From: Tubiluchus corallicola
Taxonomy: Eukaryota > Animalia > Priapulida
Length of the DNA: 64,000 bases
Assembly (NCBI GenBank): GCA_030141605.1
Contig: JAQGDQ010001022.1
Coordinates: 5,695-69,694, forward strand
Direction of reading: 5' to 3'
The notes below the pieces were generated by a model that ran no database searches, had not been told where the DNA came from, and saw only the letters and a list, made by a program, of their open reading frames with translations. Every line of letters begins with the position of its first letter. Positions within the stretch are counted from its first letter, which is position 1. Positions 1 through 15,648 of the stretch are shown piece after piece. A program made the position numbers and the translations under genes.

Positions 1-530
1 TTCTTTTCCATATTTTTCCAAGCTTAAGTGATAAAAGTAAAATAAATCCAACATAATGACTGACTTGTTCTTTCCTTTAATAGCACGCCGGAATTTTTTA
101 TAATGACGTGCAAACTGCATTACCTAGTGTTTCTGGACGCGCAACTGACATAATTTCCTGTTTATTTGTTTATTCCATTTATAATCCGTAATAAATTACA
201 TAAAACATACAACGTGACGTCACATTTACAAAGGCATGGACACTGAAAGGTGTGCAAAACAGGTTTGGACTGAATTTGGCACATAAACCTGGGCCTTGAC
301 TACTTGACCACTGGCCGGTGGACCACTGACCACTGGACCTCTGACAGTTAACTACAACTACTTATAATCAAGGCAGGTATTAATTCAATTCTGGTGGCTC
401 GTAGCTCATACAGTTTAATTACGTTAAACTGATGACCATTTAAGTGGATCGTTACTCTATAGTGATTAATTGAAGACTTGGAAATATCTGTACGTGATTA
501 ATTAACTAAATAAATAAATTATAAAATTAT

Positions 531-984
<454 letters not shown>

Positions 985-1404
985 GGGAAAATCACTCTAA
1001 ACTTATTTTTTCACTAAAACGAAACAAACTGCGCGCGCACGTCATTTGCTTTGCTTTTGTAAACGTGTTGCTCTGGGATGGAAACTTGACGATGTGTTTA
1101 ACTGTACCACCATCACGCCAAATGAAAACATTCTCAACTAGTTCACGCGTTTGGCTTCATCCGTTTGACACAGCTTCTCGACGCTACCCGGTCACGTGAC
1201 ACCAGTTACTCCACCATCGGTTACGCTGATCATTTATCGTTCAGTTAAGAAGTTGTGATGCAGAAGACAGGTGAAGGTTTGTGAGAAGCCACTAAACATG
1301 TTACTGGCAAAATTAATATTATGGACTGTTACGACAGCATGTTCTTGTGCTATGTATACCAGTAAGTAAACCATTATTGTTAATAATTATTTTTGTTTAT
1401 AAAA

Positions 1405-1662
1405 AACCACCACTATCGTCATCATCATCACCATCATCACCACCATCACCATCATCATCATCATCACCACCATCAGCATCACCATCACCATCATCATCAT
1501 CATCATCACCACCATCAGCATCACCATCATCATCATCATCATCATCACCACCACCACTACCATCATCATCATCATCACCATCATCACCACCATCAGCATC
1601 ACCATCACCATCATCATCATTATCACCACCACCGCCATTATCATCATCATCGTTATTATTAT
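1405..1662. repeat. (CAT/CAC)n trinucleotide microsatellite
   Basis: Directly visible; inverted counterpart at 49177-49500. Confidence 0.95.
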
Positions 1663-1675
1663 TTATGAAAACCAA

Positions 1676-2098
1676 TGTAAAAATTGGTCCTAGAAATGCG
1701 ATAACCACAGAGGTTATGTTAGATGCGAGCACGCGTCTTTAGGTTGTATTGAAGTATATCGCAAAGCAGCGGCCGACCAGCAAGTGGCACCTGGCATTTG
1801 TTAGTATATGTAGTTTGTACTAGAGAGAAAAGAATTATGTAATAAATGTGAAAAAGGAAAAGTTAGGTAGGTCAGTAAGAACAGGATAGCGCTAAAAAAC
1901 AGTTTGGAGAAAGAAGGTCATGGGAGTAGGTTTACATATTATAGTTTTAGTTTTTTGAGAGGTGATTATATTCTCATTTTTGCAGGAGTGTAATTATAAT
2001 CATAAAATAGTTTGTATTAATGGAGAGAAATTTTGTATACGTATAGTTATAATATTTTGCAAGGAATATGTTATGAAAGGAGTAAGGAAGACAGAAAA
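1676..2098 (+). mobile_element. 3'-truncated copy of the BEL/Pao-type LTR at 48674-49162
   Basis: Starts TGTAAAAATTGGTCC; near-identical to the reverse complement of ~48740-49162. Confidence 0.7.
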
Positions 2099-2230
2099 GA
2101 AATCATATTTAAAGCAACGATGTTTAATCACGTGTACTATTTTTAAAACGTGTCCCTCTCACATCAAAACATGAATGAAACGAATTAGTCCTACTGATTT
2201 ACCGTTTTCTTCTTACGTGGAAATTTAAGT

Positions 2231-2870
2231 TTAAAGCAAAACCAGCTCAATGTTAAACTGTAAGTCTCACGTTTTAGTTGTGAGAACATTAATCAGTTAT
2301 TAAAAACTGTTTGTTCAAGCCATATTGCAATATTTCTTATTCAATAAAAATCTATTAAAACTAACTAAACTGTAGGTCTAAACAACCTATCCACAAAAAC
2401 GTACTATTTTTTTGAAGAATGATTTACGTAAAAGAATTATTGCCACGCAAAATTTCACGTCCGTGCCACTGGTTATTCGTTGTTACATGCATTTCGCCAT
2501 TTGCTAGTTAGACGAGCACTAGCGCCTGCATTTCGGAAAGCGTTGCACAAAAACAGGTGCTGTACCTTTCAGTTCAGATGTGTTAGTCTGTGACGAACTA
2601 CGCACGTTCAACTGCCCATGCGTCAGCACAGCGGTAAATTTCAAATTTGAATTTTTATCTTAAAACGTGCTTACTTTTAGTACAACACACTGAATCTGTT
2701 GCAGTAGCACTGTACTTCCAATTTTCGCTTTCATAAGCACGTGCAACACGCCCGGTGAATATTTTTGATGTTGAAAGTTATGTTAGTTTGTGATGTCATC
2801 AATAGTTGGGCTCGCCCGCCGTTAATTACGTTTTTAATCAATTATTTAATTATTAGAAACGCTTTTTCGC
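2231..2870 (+). mobile_element. Family A MITE (Kolobok/T2-like, TTAA-bounded), copy 1
   Basis: Begins TTAAAGCAAAACC; core (gcactagcgcctgcatttcggaa...aacaggtgctgtacctttcagttcagatgtgttag) recurs 7 more times in the window. Confidence 0.8.
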
Positions 2871-3440
2871 TGTTAGACCCGACTGAGATAACTCAGTGTA
2901 AGCCTAACTGACTGACTAACTGACTGTAATACAGGTGATATTAAGTTTATGTTATGTACGTATGTTGCTCTGTTGTGTTATGCATTTTTCTGTGCTTGAA
3001 CCATTATACCATTTATAAGTGGTTTCTTTGTTCAGATGTAGAATGTTTTTTCAAGTCTAGTTTTTTTCTTAGTCTCTTGTAATTTACTTTGCTCAATGGT
3101 TCAATAAAATCAGTAAAATATCACGTAAGAGGGATCACTTTCAGAATGAATTTTTGGAACACATTTTTCAGTTTGTATCTGAAATAGATAATTTTCAGTA
3201 TCAGAACTCAGACCTGCTGGTCCTACAGTGTTTAAACTGCTTTATACAACGATTACTGGATTATGTTTTATTACATGGTAAGATCCCACGGCTGTTTCTC
3301 GCCTAATGAACAATAAAATTCTCACGTGTCATTGCACCAAAAGAATTGAGGAAATGACTTGTCACTTGTTGTCAAACGTGATAATTATGATGCATGCATG
3401 AAAGTTCCTACGCCGGATGGTAACCACATTAAGTGGCAAA

Positions 3441-4365
3441 TAGAAAATGACGCTGGTGTAAGACGTTTTCTAGATAGAAAATGACGCTCGTGTAAGACGT
3501 TTTCTAGATAGAAAATGACGCTCGTGTAAGACGTTTTCTAGATAGAAAATGACGCTCGTGTAAGACGTTTTCTAGATAGAAAATGACGCTCGTGTAAGAC
3601 GTTTTCTAGATAGAAAATGACGCTCGTGTAAGACGTTTTCTAGATAGAAAATGACGCTCGTGTAAGACGTTTTCTAGATAGAAAATGATGCTCGTGTAAG
3701 ACGTTTTCTAGATAGAAAATGACGCTCGTGTAAGACGTTTTCTAGATAGAAAATGACGCTCGTGTAAGACGTTTTCTAGATAGAAAATGACGCTCGTGTA
3801 AGACGTTTTCTAGATAGAAAATGACGCTCGTGTAAGACGTTTTCTAGATAGAAAATGACGCTCGTGTAAGACGTTTTCTAGATAGAAAATGATGCTCGTG
3901 TAAGACGTTTTCTAGATAGAAAATGACGCTGGTGTAAGACGTTTTCTAGAGAGAAAATGATGCTCGTGTAAGACGTTTTCTGGATAGAAAATGACGCTCG
4001 TGTAAGACGTTTTCTAGATAGAAAATGACGCTCGTATAAGACGTTTTCTAGATAGCATATGACGCTCGTGTAAGACGTTTTCTAGATAGAAAATGACGCT
4101 CGTGTAAGACGTTTTCTAGATGGAAAATGACTCTCGTGTAAGACGTTTTCTAAATAGAAAATGACGCTGGTGTAAGACGTTTTCTAGATAGAAAATGATG
4201 CTCGTGTAAGACGTTTTCTAGATAGAAAATGATGCTCGTGTAAGACGTTTTCTAGATAGAAAATGATGCTCGTGTAAGACGTTTTCTAGATAGAAAATGA
4301 CGCTCGTGTAAGACGTTTTCTAGATAGAAACTGACGCTCGTGTAAGACGTTTTCTAGATAGAACA
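3441..4365. repeat. 34-bp minisatellite, ~27 copies
   Basis: Unit TAGAAAATGACGCTCGTGTAAGACGTTTTCTAGA, head-to-tail with no spacers. Confidence 0.97.
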
Positions 4366-4399
4366 TGCGAAAATGACACTCAGAAAATGAGAAAATATC

Positions 4400-4626
4400 T
4401 TATAGTAGCACTATATTTCAATTTTCGCTTTTGCAAACACGTGCAAACACACTAGTAGAATATTTTTGCTGTTGAAAAAAGTTATGTTAGTTTGTGATGT
4501 CATCAATGGTTGACTATTATTTAATTATCAGAAACGCTTTTACAGTATTAATTGTGTTGAAATGCATGTTTTTATCGGATTGGAAAATGGAATAGTATAT
4601 GAAAAACCATCCTGTCTTCCTTTTAA
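4400..4626 (+). mobile_element. Family A MITE, partial copy 2
   Basis: Matches the distal half of family A; ends catcctgtcttccttTTAA. Confidence 0.75.
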
Positions 4627-4815
4627 CATTTAATTTACGAAATAACGAATGCACACCAAATGCGAATAAGTCTTATACGGTGAAAAACAATCAACCGTTT
4701 GTTACTATTTAATTCAAGCATAGTTTATTTGGTTTAAATTAGACAGTTTTTAAAACTGATACATGAATCCTCTCTGTGCAAAAATATGTGCAAGCAGAAG
4801 TGGAGAAAAATAGTC

Positions 4816-5840
4816 ATATAAATACATATAAACTCAAATAGATGTGCACACATATAAATACATATAAACTCAAATAGATGTGCACACATATAAATACATA
4901 TAAACTCAAATAGACGTGCACACATATAAATACATATAAACTCAAATAGATGTGCACACATATAAGTACATATAAACTCAAATAGACGTGCTCACATATA
5001 AGTACATATAAACTCAAATAGACGTGCACACATATAAATACATATAAACTCAAATAGACGTGCACACATATAAATACATATAAACTCAAATAGATGTGCT
5101 CACATATAAATACATATAAACTCAAATAGACGTGCACACATATAAATACATATAAACTCAAATAGATGTGCACACATATAAATACATATAAACTCAAATA
5201 GATGTGCTCACATATAAATACATATAAACTCAAATAGACGTGCACACATATAAATACATATAAACTCAAATAGATATGCACACATATAAGTACATATAAA
5301 CTCAAATAGATGTGCACACATATAAATACATATAAACTCAAATAGATGTGCACACATATAAGTACATATAAACTCAAATAGACGTGCACACATATAAATA
5401 CATATAAACTCAAATAGATATGCACACATATAAGTACATATAAACTCAAATAGATGTGCACACATATAAATACATATAAACTCAAATAGATGTGCACACA
5501 TATAAGTACATATAAACTCAAATAGACGTGAACACATATAAATACATATAAACTCAAATAGATGTGCACACATATAAGTACATATAAACTCAAATAGACG
5601 TGAACACATATAAGTACATATAAACTCAAATAGATGTGCACACATATAAGTACATATAAACTCAAATAGATGTGCACACATATAAATACATATAAACTCA
5701 AATAGATGTGCACACATATAAGTACATATAAACTCAAATAGACGTGAACACATATAAATACATATAAACTCAAATAGATGTGCACACATATAAGTACATA
5801 TAAACTCAAATAGATGTGCACACATATAAGTACATATAAA
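4816..5840. repeat. 36-bp minisatellite, ~28 copies
   Basis: Unit CATATAAATACATATAAACTCAAATAGATGTGCACA with recurrent A/G and T/C variants. Confidence 0.97.
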
Positions 5841-6167
5841 GAAAGACGTAATCCTACGTAGTTAATAGATGTGACGCAGTTAATGATATAATATTTGAAT
5901 AATACAATGACTGCGTAAACATTTATAGTAAACTACATAAAAGTAAACCTAAAATCTGAACATATTAGTTTTCTTTATGTTATTTCGAATGCAATAAAAA
6001 CTTTACATTTAGCATCAACATTGCAATTGTCACTTCCACAAGGATACAATGAAACGGTTTACAATTTCTATATTGTAAAATGTTGATATTTAAAGGCAAT
6101 AATATGTTATTTAATTGACTGAACGTGGCAATTCTGGCATCTCTTGTTATCATTTGAGGTATATCAG

Positions 6168-6251
6168 TTTCTCTCTCTCTCTCAGCCTCTCTCTCTCGTT
6201 CTCTTTCTCTACCCCCCTCTCTCTCTCTCTCTCTGTCTGTCTCTCTCCCTC

Positions 6252-6303
<52 letters not shown>

Positions 6304-6305
6304 CC
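6168..6305. repeat. (CT)n microsatellite
   Basis: Directly visible. Confidence 0.95.
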
Positions 6306-6958
6306 TTTGTCTTCGAATCCCTCTTGCTTCCTACCCATTCTACATATTCTATTTTCAAGTATTATATGCAGAAGATCGTTACTTTCTGTAGTTATCCTCC
6401 AACTTCCAAGTATGTCCTAATAATTCCAACTTCTATAGCTACGACACTATTGCGTGGGATGATGGAGCATACAAGTACAGACTCTATAATAAACATTTTA
6501 CTGAAAACTGTCTCCATGATGCTCGTGCTAATAATTATTTCCAGCTATAAAGTTACGCTAGAACAGCGTTTTCTTCAATGTGTTATGAATTATCTTTTTC
6601 CAACTTCGTGTAAAATTTATAAGTGGGATATAAGATACGTAGCTGTTAAGCCCTTTAATGACCATATGAAGTCGTGGTTGTTTTTTATATATGGCGTTTG
6701 AGATTTCTGTCTTACGTAGGTACAATATTTTCAGGAGAAATGTAGCAACTATTTTACCAAGCTAGATTGGTGAAAGCAAAATTAGGCGACATAGTTTAAC
6801 ACCAAAAAGAAACGGCGCTTTTTGGAAGCATTTTGGATAAATAACAACAGTGTGCGTGATGAAAGGGTTAAGATGTTAGGTAAAATTGTTAACTTCCTGT
6901 CTATTGCCACGGGGCGTACTAACCAGACTGAATCCGGCACCAACCAGAAAACTTCTGC

Positions 6959-7592
6959 TTAAATGAAGACAGGATGATTTTTCATATACTACCGCATTTT
7001 CGTGTCCGATAAAAAGTATACATTTTAACACAATTAATACTGCAAAAGCGTTTCTAGTAATTAAATAATAGATTAAAAACTTAATTAACGGTTGGCGAGC
7101 TCAAATATTAATGACGTCGCAAACTAGCATAATTTTCAACAGCAAAAATATTCCACGAGCGTGTTGCACGTGTTTGCGAAAGCGAAAATTGAAGTACAGT
7201 GCTACTGTAAGATATTCAGTGTGTTGTACTAAAACTAGGTAAGTTTTAAGATAAAATTTCAAATTTCAAATTTCAAATTTACCGCTGTGGTCAGGCATAT
7301 GAGCTGTCGAACGTGTGTAGTTCGTCACAAACTAACACATCTGAACTGAAAGGAACAGCACCTGTTTTTGTGCAATGCGTTTCCGAAATGCAGGCGCTAG
7401 TGCCCGTCTAACTAGCGAATGATGAAATGCATGTAACAGCGAAGAATTAGTGGCGCGAACGTGAAATTGTGTTTGTGTGGTAATAATTCTTTCACCGAGT
7501 CATTTTTGAAAAAATAGTACGTTTTATTTCAATATTTAAAAGAGTAGATTGTTTTGCCCTACAGTTTAAGATTGGGTCCGGCTTTATTTTAA
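6959..7592 (-). mobile_element. Family A MITE, near full-length copy 3
   Basis: Reverse complement of the family A core; TTAA at both ends. Confidence 0.8.
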
Positions 7593-8179
7593 TCACTCGA
7601 GCAATTTAGCCCATATTGAACGCAAAATGTTCCATTTTTCAGACATTTGGACAAATGATGGTTTGCCACAAAACATTTGGACGCAGGTAGTCGTGGACAA
7701 ACATATTATTTGGACATATAGAGGCACAATTTGGACAATTAACCCTTGTACGAACAATATAGGACATTTGGACGTGTGCTGCAACGTGTGCCGGACATTT
7801 TCGTTGCCCAACGTTTTACAATTTTCATCTCATGTAGCCTCAACGATGAACAGCAACTGACCTTTGGTCAAGCAAGACGAAAATCAACGACAAACAAAAT
7901 CATTCCCATTCTTCACGAATTACGTCAAAAGCTGTTTATATGTTTATTCAAAATTTGACGAAGAACTCCACAACATATTTAATAGTTTCTGAAAAACTTG
8001 GTAGCAATCTGATCTGTCTGCATGAGTCTGATATTTTATTTTTAAACTAATATTAAACCAAATAGTTCGAGTTTTGTGTTCAAACGTTTTTGGTGAAATA
8101 AATTCAGGATAAGAAATATACCACATTGAATACGTAGTTGTACATAGCCAATACGTTTAGGCCCTTCCTTTGTTATGAA

Positions 8180-8360
8180 ACCCTTAATCCACCCCTGGGA
8201 TTATGGGGCTCCTACCTGCTGTTGTGTCAGACGGTGTGGGCTGATGCGTGCCTCATACGTCACAAACGAACCCTGCTTTGTTTTCTTTTTCGAACATTTG
8301 TTCTAACTGATAAGAACAGCGTCATTGGTATGACCCGGTCAGGCAACGCAATTAGAACTT
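8180..8360 (-). mobile_element. Possible degraded tRNA-type SINE remnant
   Basis: Minus strand reads ccgggtcataccaatgac, which resembles the post-B-box segment of invertebrate tRNA SINEs; recognised from memory only. Confidence 0.3.
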
Positions 8361-8667
8361 TTCATGTAAAAAGAAAAACTTGCGTCTTTTGATAATTTAA
8401 CGTGAAATTATGTCATCATACAAGGTTAATTATGCCAGGTACCTAATACGTCACTAGTTGTCTGGTACAGCTGACGCTGGACCTTGGTCTTGTGGGTGGT
8501 CATTCACGTTTATCCTCCAACTTTCAGCTCTGGAGAGGTTATTGTTTTCTACCAAGCAGAATCATTATCTTCATCATCTTTTTTAATTACTCACAAAGAT
8601 TATTACTTGTTGCATTAATTATTTATACTAAAACTCACTACTGTATAAATTTTTATACCTGCAAGGG

Positions 8668-8778
8668 ATGAATAATAATGACAATGATACAGTATTGATG
8701 ATGATAATAATAACAATGATGATGATAATGATGATAATAATAATGATGATGATGATGATGATGATGATTATGATGATT

Positions 8779-8817
<39 letters not shown>

Positions 8818-8845
8818 TTGATGTTGATGTTGATGTTGATGATGT

Positions 8846-8885
<40 letters not shown>

Positions 8886-9058
8886 AATGATAATGATAAT
8901 GATAATGATAATGATAATGATAATGATAATGATAATGATAACGATAACGATAACGATAACGATAACGATAACGATAACGATAACGATAACGATAACGATA
9001 ACGATAACGATAACGATAACGATAACGATAACGATAATGATAATAATAGTAATAATAT

Positions 9059-9103
<45 letters not shown>

Positions 9104-9140
9104 CAAAAATAATAAAAATAATAGTCGTCATCATCATCAC
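8668..9140. repeat. Compound (ATG)n/(GATAAT)n/(GATAAC)n/(ATA)n microsatellite
   Basis: Directly visible. Confidence 0.95.
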
Positions 9141-9759
9141 CAAATCGTGGCTTAATTTCTAACGGAAAAAACATCAAGTGTTAATCACTGTTTTTCAGTT
9201 TCACTTTACATAATTTCACATCAATACATTTCTAGACATTTCAAAGTAAAAACTAAACATCTCGGTTCTATTTTCAGCATCCACTGTTTGCGTTGTTTGT
9301 GATTCACGTTCAAATGAAGGATGTGGAGATCCATTCAAACCAAACGAGTACATGAGAGAAATAGAGTGCCCTTCCGGTTCCTGTAAAAAGATTACCAGTA
9401 TTGCTAAAGTTGATGCTGGTAGGTAGTTTTTGTTTAGTCTTATAAACTAAAAACACAGAAAACAGGTATAAGTAACAGGGTTATATTTTGATTTAACTTC
9501 AAAATTTAAGGTTTCAAAATTCAAAAATTAATTACGTAGCTTTCGCTTATTTGGAAGACACTCGTGTTAACCAATCACAAAATTTTCAAATTCTTTTTTC
9601 CTTGTGAAACTTTTAATGACAAGGATTTTGACGCCCAAGACTTTAATAGCTTATTTTCGTTGTGTCCATACGCTTTGCCCTTTTTCTGATTTGTCAAACA
9701 ATATATTTTGTCTATGAATTTGCAATGTTCTAAAATATTACCGCCAATTTTTTCGGTGA

Positions 9760-10092
<333 letters not shown>

Positions 10093-10119
10093 GAGTTAAC
10101 AGGCGTTAACAGGCTTGAA

Positions 10120-10740
10120 GAACAAGAAAAGGGGCAAATGAAGTAGGTTTCCGAAAAATCGCCATTATACTACTTTACAACAATTTTACGCCAATTCGCA
10201 CTCGTGTTGAAAGGAATTTTTGTTTGTTTTCATTTTAAATTTCCCGCAATTCTGTCCCGATCACGCCATTACATGACGTCATATACGCACGACTTAAATC
10301 AGGGGAAGAAAAGGAAATGTTAAACTAAGTCCTAAAAAACTTTCCATGCAAATCTATATTAGTCGGCATTTCGCTTACCTGCTTCAAAGATTTACGTAAC
10401 TAGAAAAGAAAATTATTAATTATTTAAAATGTTTTTACCAATTGGTAAAATGTCGCTGACTCACCCTCCAGGGTGCACCACTCACTAACCAAAAACGTAC
10501 TTTTAATCTTATTGAGAAGATACAGTAATTTAAAATTTTACTTAGTTAGTGACATGTGCACTACAAATGCTATGATTATTTTTTCAAACTTTACACAAAG
10601 TTATCTAGGCTTGTTTCAAATGACCTGTCGTGAAAATGGCTGCGTCTAACGGTCATCCGAGAGTTTAGCTTTACAGGCTTTATATATTACTGCCGACGCA
10701 AGCCATGTACGGAATAAGGTAGTTTGTATTTGATATAAAA
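10120..10740 (+). mobile_element. Dispersed repeat family B (probable non-autonomous DNA element), copy 1
   Basis: Aligns with 23825-24310, 27540-27670, 30511-30905 and the reverse complement of ~54600-54845. Confidence 0.75.
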
Positions 10741-11307
10741 TTTCGAAGACGAATTTTTGAAGCTTCATGCAAGTGGAGGGTTTTCTTGCACTTTGAAAAT
10801 TTTAAAAAATTCTATCAAATTTGCAGTGAGAAATTTCACACCAACAAAATGAATCGAAATTGTTTTCATTCATAACTATTCGGTTATCCAATTCCATTTT
10901 TGAAAACTGCTAAACTTTAATATCCTGTCTGTGGATAATTGCTGTTAAGATAAATGTTCAGCCTCAGTAACGTGTTGTTTAATACGGGTCCAGTGACTTC
11001 TATACCAAAGCCGCCGTTGCGTAATTTTCCATATGTTAATGTTATGTTGATCACGTGTGCCGCGTATCGCTCGTTCGCACGCGGTAAATGCGTTTGTGAT
11101 CATTTTGTTGGTGGTCAGATCAACTTTCATCTGTTTACGTTACTGAATGTCGCTTGATCCCGTCTTGTAATAACACTGTCCTGGAGATTAGGGATCTTTG
11201 TCATTAATTTAGGGAATCTGGATCCGACGAAAGAGGACACAATATTACCAACTTTCGAGAACACAGAGATTTATTAATAAAGTGTTGGTCCCGCTTATTT
11301 TGCATCA

Positions 11308-11566
<259 letters not shown>

Positions 11567-11571
11567 AGATT

Positions 11572-13502
11572 GCTCGATTACATATCTAATGTCTAGAGTA
11601 GTTTGTCAGCAGAAGTCGAGCAAGCATTATAAGACAGCAGTTTTAAACTGAGCAAAACGTCAGTGTGTTCGATTACGTATCTAATGTCTAGAGTAGTTTT
11701 TCAGCAGAAGTTGAGCAAGCATTATAAGACAGTAGTTTTGAACTGAGCAAAACGTCAGTGTGTTCGATTACGTATCTAATGTCTAGAGTAGTTTGTCAGC
11801 AGAAGTTGAGCAAGCATTATAAGACAGCAGTTTTAAACTGAGCAAAAACGTCAGTGTGTTCGATTACGTATCTAATGTCTAGAGTAGTTTGTTAGCAGAA
11901 GTTGGGCAAGAATTATAAGACAGCAGTTTTGAACTGAGCAAAAACGTCAGAGTGTTCGATTACATATCTAATGTCTAGAGTAGTTTGTTAGCAGAAGTTG
12001 AGCAAGCATTATAAGACAGTAGTTTTGAACTGAGCAAAACGTCAGTGTGTTCGATTACATATCTAATGTCTAGAGTGGTTTGTCAACAGAAGTTGAGCAA
12101 GCATTATAAGACAGCAGTTTTAAACTGAGCAAAAACGTCAGTGTGTTCGATTATATATCTAATGTCTAGAGTAGTTTGTCAACAGAAGTTGAGCAAGCAT
12201 TATAAGACAGCAGTTTTAAACTGAGCAAAAACGTCAGTGTGTTCGATTACATATCTAATGTCTAGAGTAGTTTGTCAACAGAAGTTGAGCAAGCATTATA
12301 AGACAGCAGTTTTAAACTGAGCAAAAACGTCAGTGTGTTCGATTACGTATCTAATGTCTAGAGTAGTTTGTCAACAGAAGTTGAGCAAGCATTATAAGAC
12401 AGCAGTTTTAAACTGAGCAAAAACGTCAGAGTGTTCGATTACATATCTAATGTCTAGAGTACTTTGTTAGCAGAAGTTGAGCAAGGATTATAAGACAGTA
12501 GTTTTGAACTGAGCAAAAACGTCAGTGTGTTCGATTACATATCTAATGTCTAGAGTAGTTTGTTAGCAGAAGTTGAGCAAGGATTATAAGACAGCAGTTT
12601 TGAACTGAACAAAAGCGTCAGTGTGTTCGATTACATATCTAATGTCTAGAGTAGTTTGTTAGCAGAAGTTGAGCAAGCATTATAAGACAGCAGTTTTGAA
12701 CTGAGCAAAAACGTCAGTGTGTTCGATTACATATCTAATGTCTAGAGTAGTTTGTCAGCAGAAGTTGAACAAGCATTATAAGACAGTAGTTTTGAACTGA
12801 ACAAAACGTCAGTGTGTTCGATTACATATCTAATGTCTAGAGTAGTTTGTTAGCAGAAGTTGAGCAAGGATTATAAGACAGTAGTTTTGAACTGAGCAAA
12901 ACGTCAGTGTGTTCGATTACATATCTAATGTCTAGAGTAGTTTGTCAACAGAAGTTGAACAAGCATTATAAGACAGCAGTTTTGAACTGAGCAAAAACGT
13001 CAGTGTGTTCGATTACATATCTAATGTCTAGAGTAGTTTGTTAGCAGAAGTTGAACAAGCATTATAAGACAGCAGTTTTGAACTGAGCAAAAACGTCAGT
13101 GTGTTCGATTACATATGTAATGTCTAGAGTAGTTTGTCAACAGAAGTTGAGCAAGCATTATAAGACAGCAGTTTTGAACTGAGCAAAACGTCAGTGTGTT
13201 CGATTACATATCTAATGTCTAGAGTAGTTTGTCAGCAGAAGTTGAGCAAGCATTATAAGACAGCAGTTTTAAACTGAACAAAACGTCAGTGTGCTCGATT
13301 ACATATCTAATGTCTAGAGTAGTTTGTTAGCAGAAGTTGAGCAAGCATTATAAGACAGCAGTTTTGAACTGAGCGAAAACGTCAGTGTGTTCGATTACAT
13401 ATCTAATGTCTAGAGCAGTTTGTTAGCAGAAGTTGAGCAAGCATTATAAGACAGTAGTTTTGAACTGAGCAAAAACGTCAGAGTGTTCGATTACATATCT
13501 AA
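11572..13502. repeat. 95-96-bp tandem satellite, ~20 copies
   Basis: GATTA anchors at 11576, 11671, 11766, 11862; unit gattacatatctaatgtctagagtagtttgtcagcagaagttgagcaagcattataagacagcagttttaaactgagcaaaacgtcagtgtgttc. Confidence 0.97.
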
Positions 13503-14189
13503 CTCCCCCATGTTTCTTCACAAACATGAAAACCATCTGTCTGAGCGCGTTAACTTCATTCACGTTCACGTCTCATACGATGTAGCTACTGTTATTTCTG
13601 GACTCCAAAAAACGTCTAATCTGCTTGTGCATAGTTAGCAATTAGTAACTACGGTTACACATGACAAGTTGGAACGTACAGGATATCACTCTAATCTGAA
13701 CGGCTGCTATCAGCTCGCGTGCCCTGCATAATTAATCATAATCAGTGATCGGGAAGCTTTAAATTTCTGGGAACATTCCAGGTTCTCATCCCCGGAACAC
13801 CTGGATAGTGAGCTGATGAAGTAGGTGATGAGAAGCAGGCACGCAATAGTGATACCCGAGTGAAGGGAGGTCGTATATTATTGCTTTTATGTCTAGATTG
13901 TCACAACATGGCATAAAACAAGATATTTAGTGAAAATAAACTTGAATTTCAACATCATCTCTTAGTTTTGTTTTAACAAATATATTTCTATAAATGTGAG
14001 ATTTGTCTGAACATAAATATTTTATTTATTACTTAACTTTTGCTAAGTATTTTTTCCTTATTTTTTATTATTGCCTGTACGCGACTGAGACGCCAAGCGC
14101 TCTATTTAAAGGTTGAAACTGATTGATGGCGTACTGTAGATAGAATACAGAGATTCTGTAATTATGGAGAAACCCAAACTGAAAATCAC

Positions 14190-15150
<961 letters not shown>

Positions 15151-15648
15151 TGGTACGCAATTCGTATGCACTGTATTGTAAAAAATATTGTCAACTGCTT
15201 TCAAAAAGTTGAAATTGCAACAACATTGACAATTTTAGAACCTTTGAGTCTTCCAGATTCGAGTTGGTCTTCGTATCATAATAATTTGTTTAACTTGTGC
15301 AGGTGGAAATGAATAATTTTCATTGTCTGTGGACGTGCCACGCCCACAAGTCTCACGTAACAAAGGAAGAAAAGAACGCATTTTCAACTTTCTGTGCTTT
15401 TCTTGAACCCAATGATAACTCGTTCAAGTTTTGTCATTCACAATTCTCCTCATTCATCTCGCCTTTTGACTTTTTCTTGTTGTTTTTTGCGCCTTCGGAA
15501 ATAGATTTTCATAATTTCCATTTCCGGTGGCTCATCTTAGGTATAATTGCGAGGCGTCATCCTGCCCAAGCTTGAATGAATGAATGAATGAAAGACAGTC
15601 GGCTGGTCGTCTGTCAAGTTTAATAGCAAACTGGAGTTCAAGCGTGGG

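Noticed and set aside
1685-1700. TGGTCCTAG as a tRNA primer-binding site
   Set aside because: It lies inside the start of the inferred LTR rather than after its CA end.
4814-5825. 335-aa and 205-aa Cys/His-rich ORFs
   Set aside because: Translations of the 36-bp minisatellite, open in two frames by unit length alone.
3441-5840. 34-bp and 36-bp repeats of CRISPR-like length
   Set aside because: Units are directly head-to-tail without unique spacers, there are no cas genes, and the context is eukaryotic.
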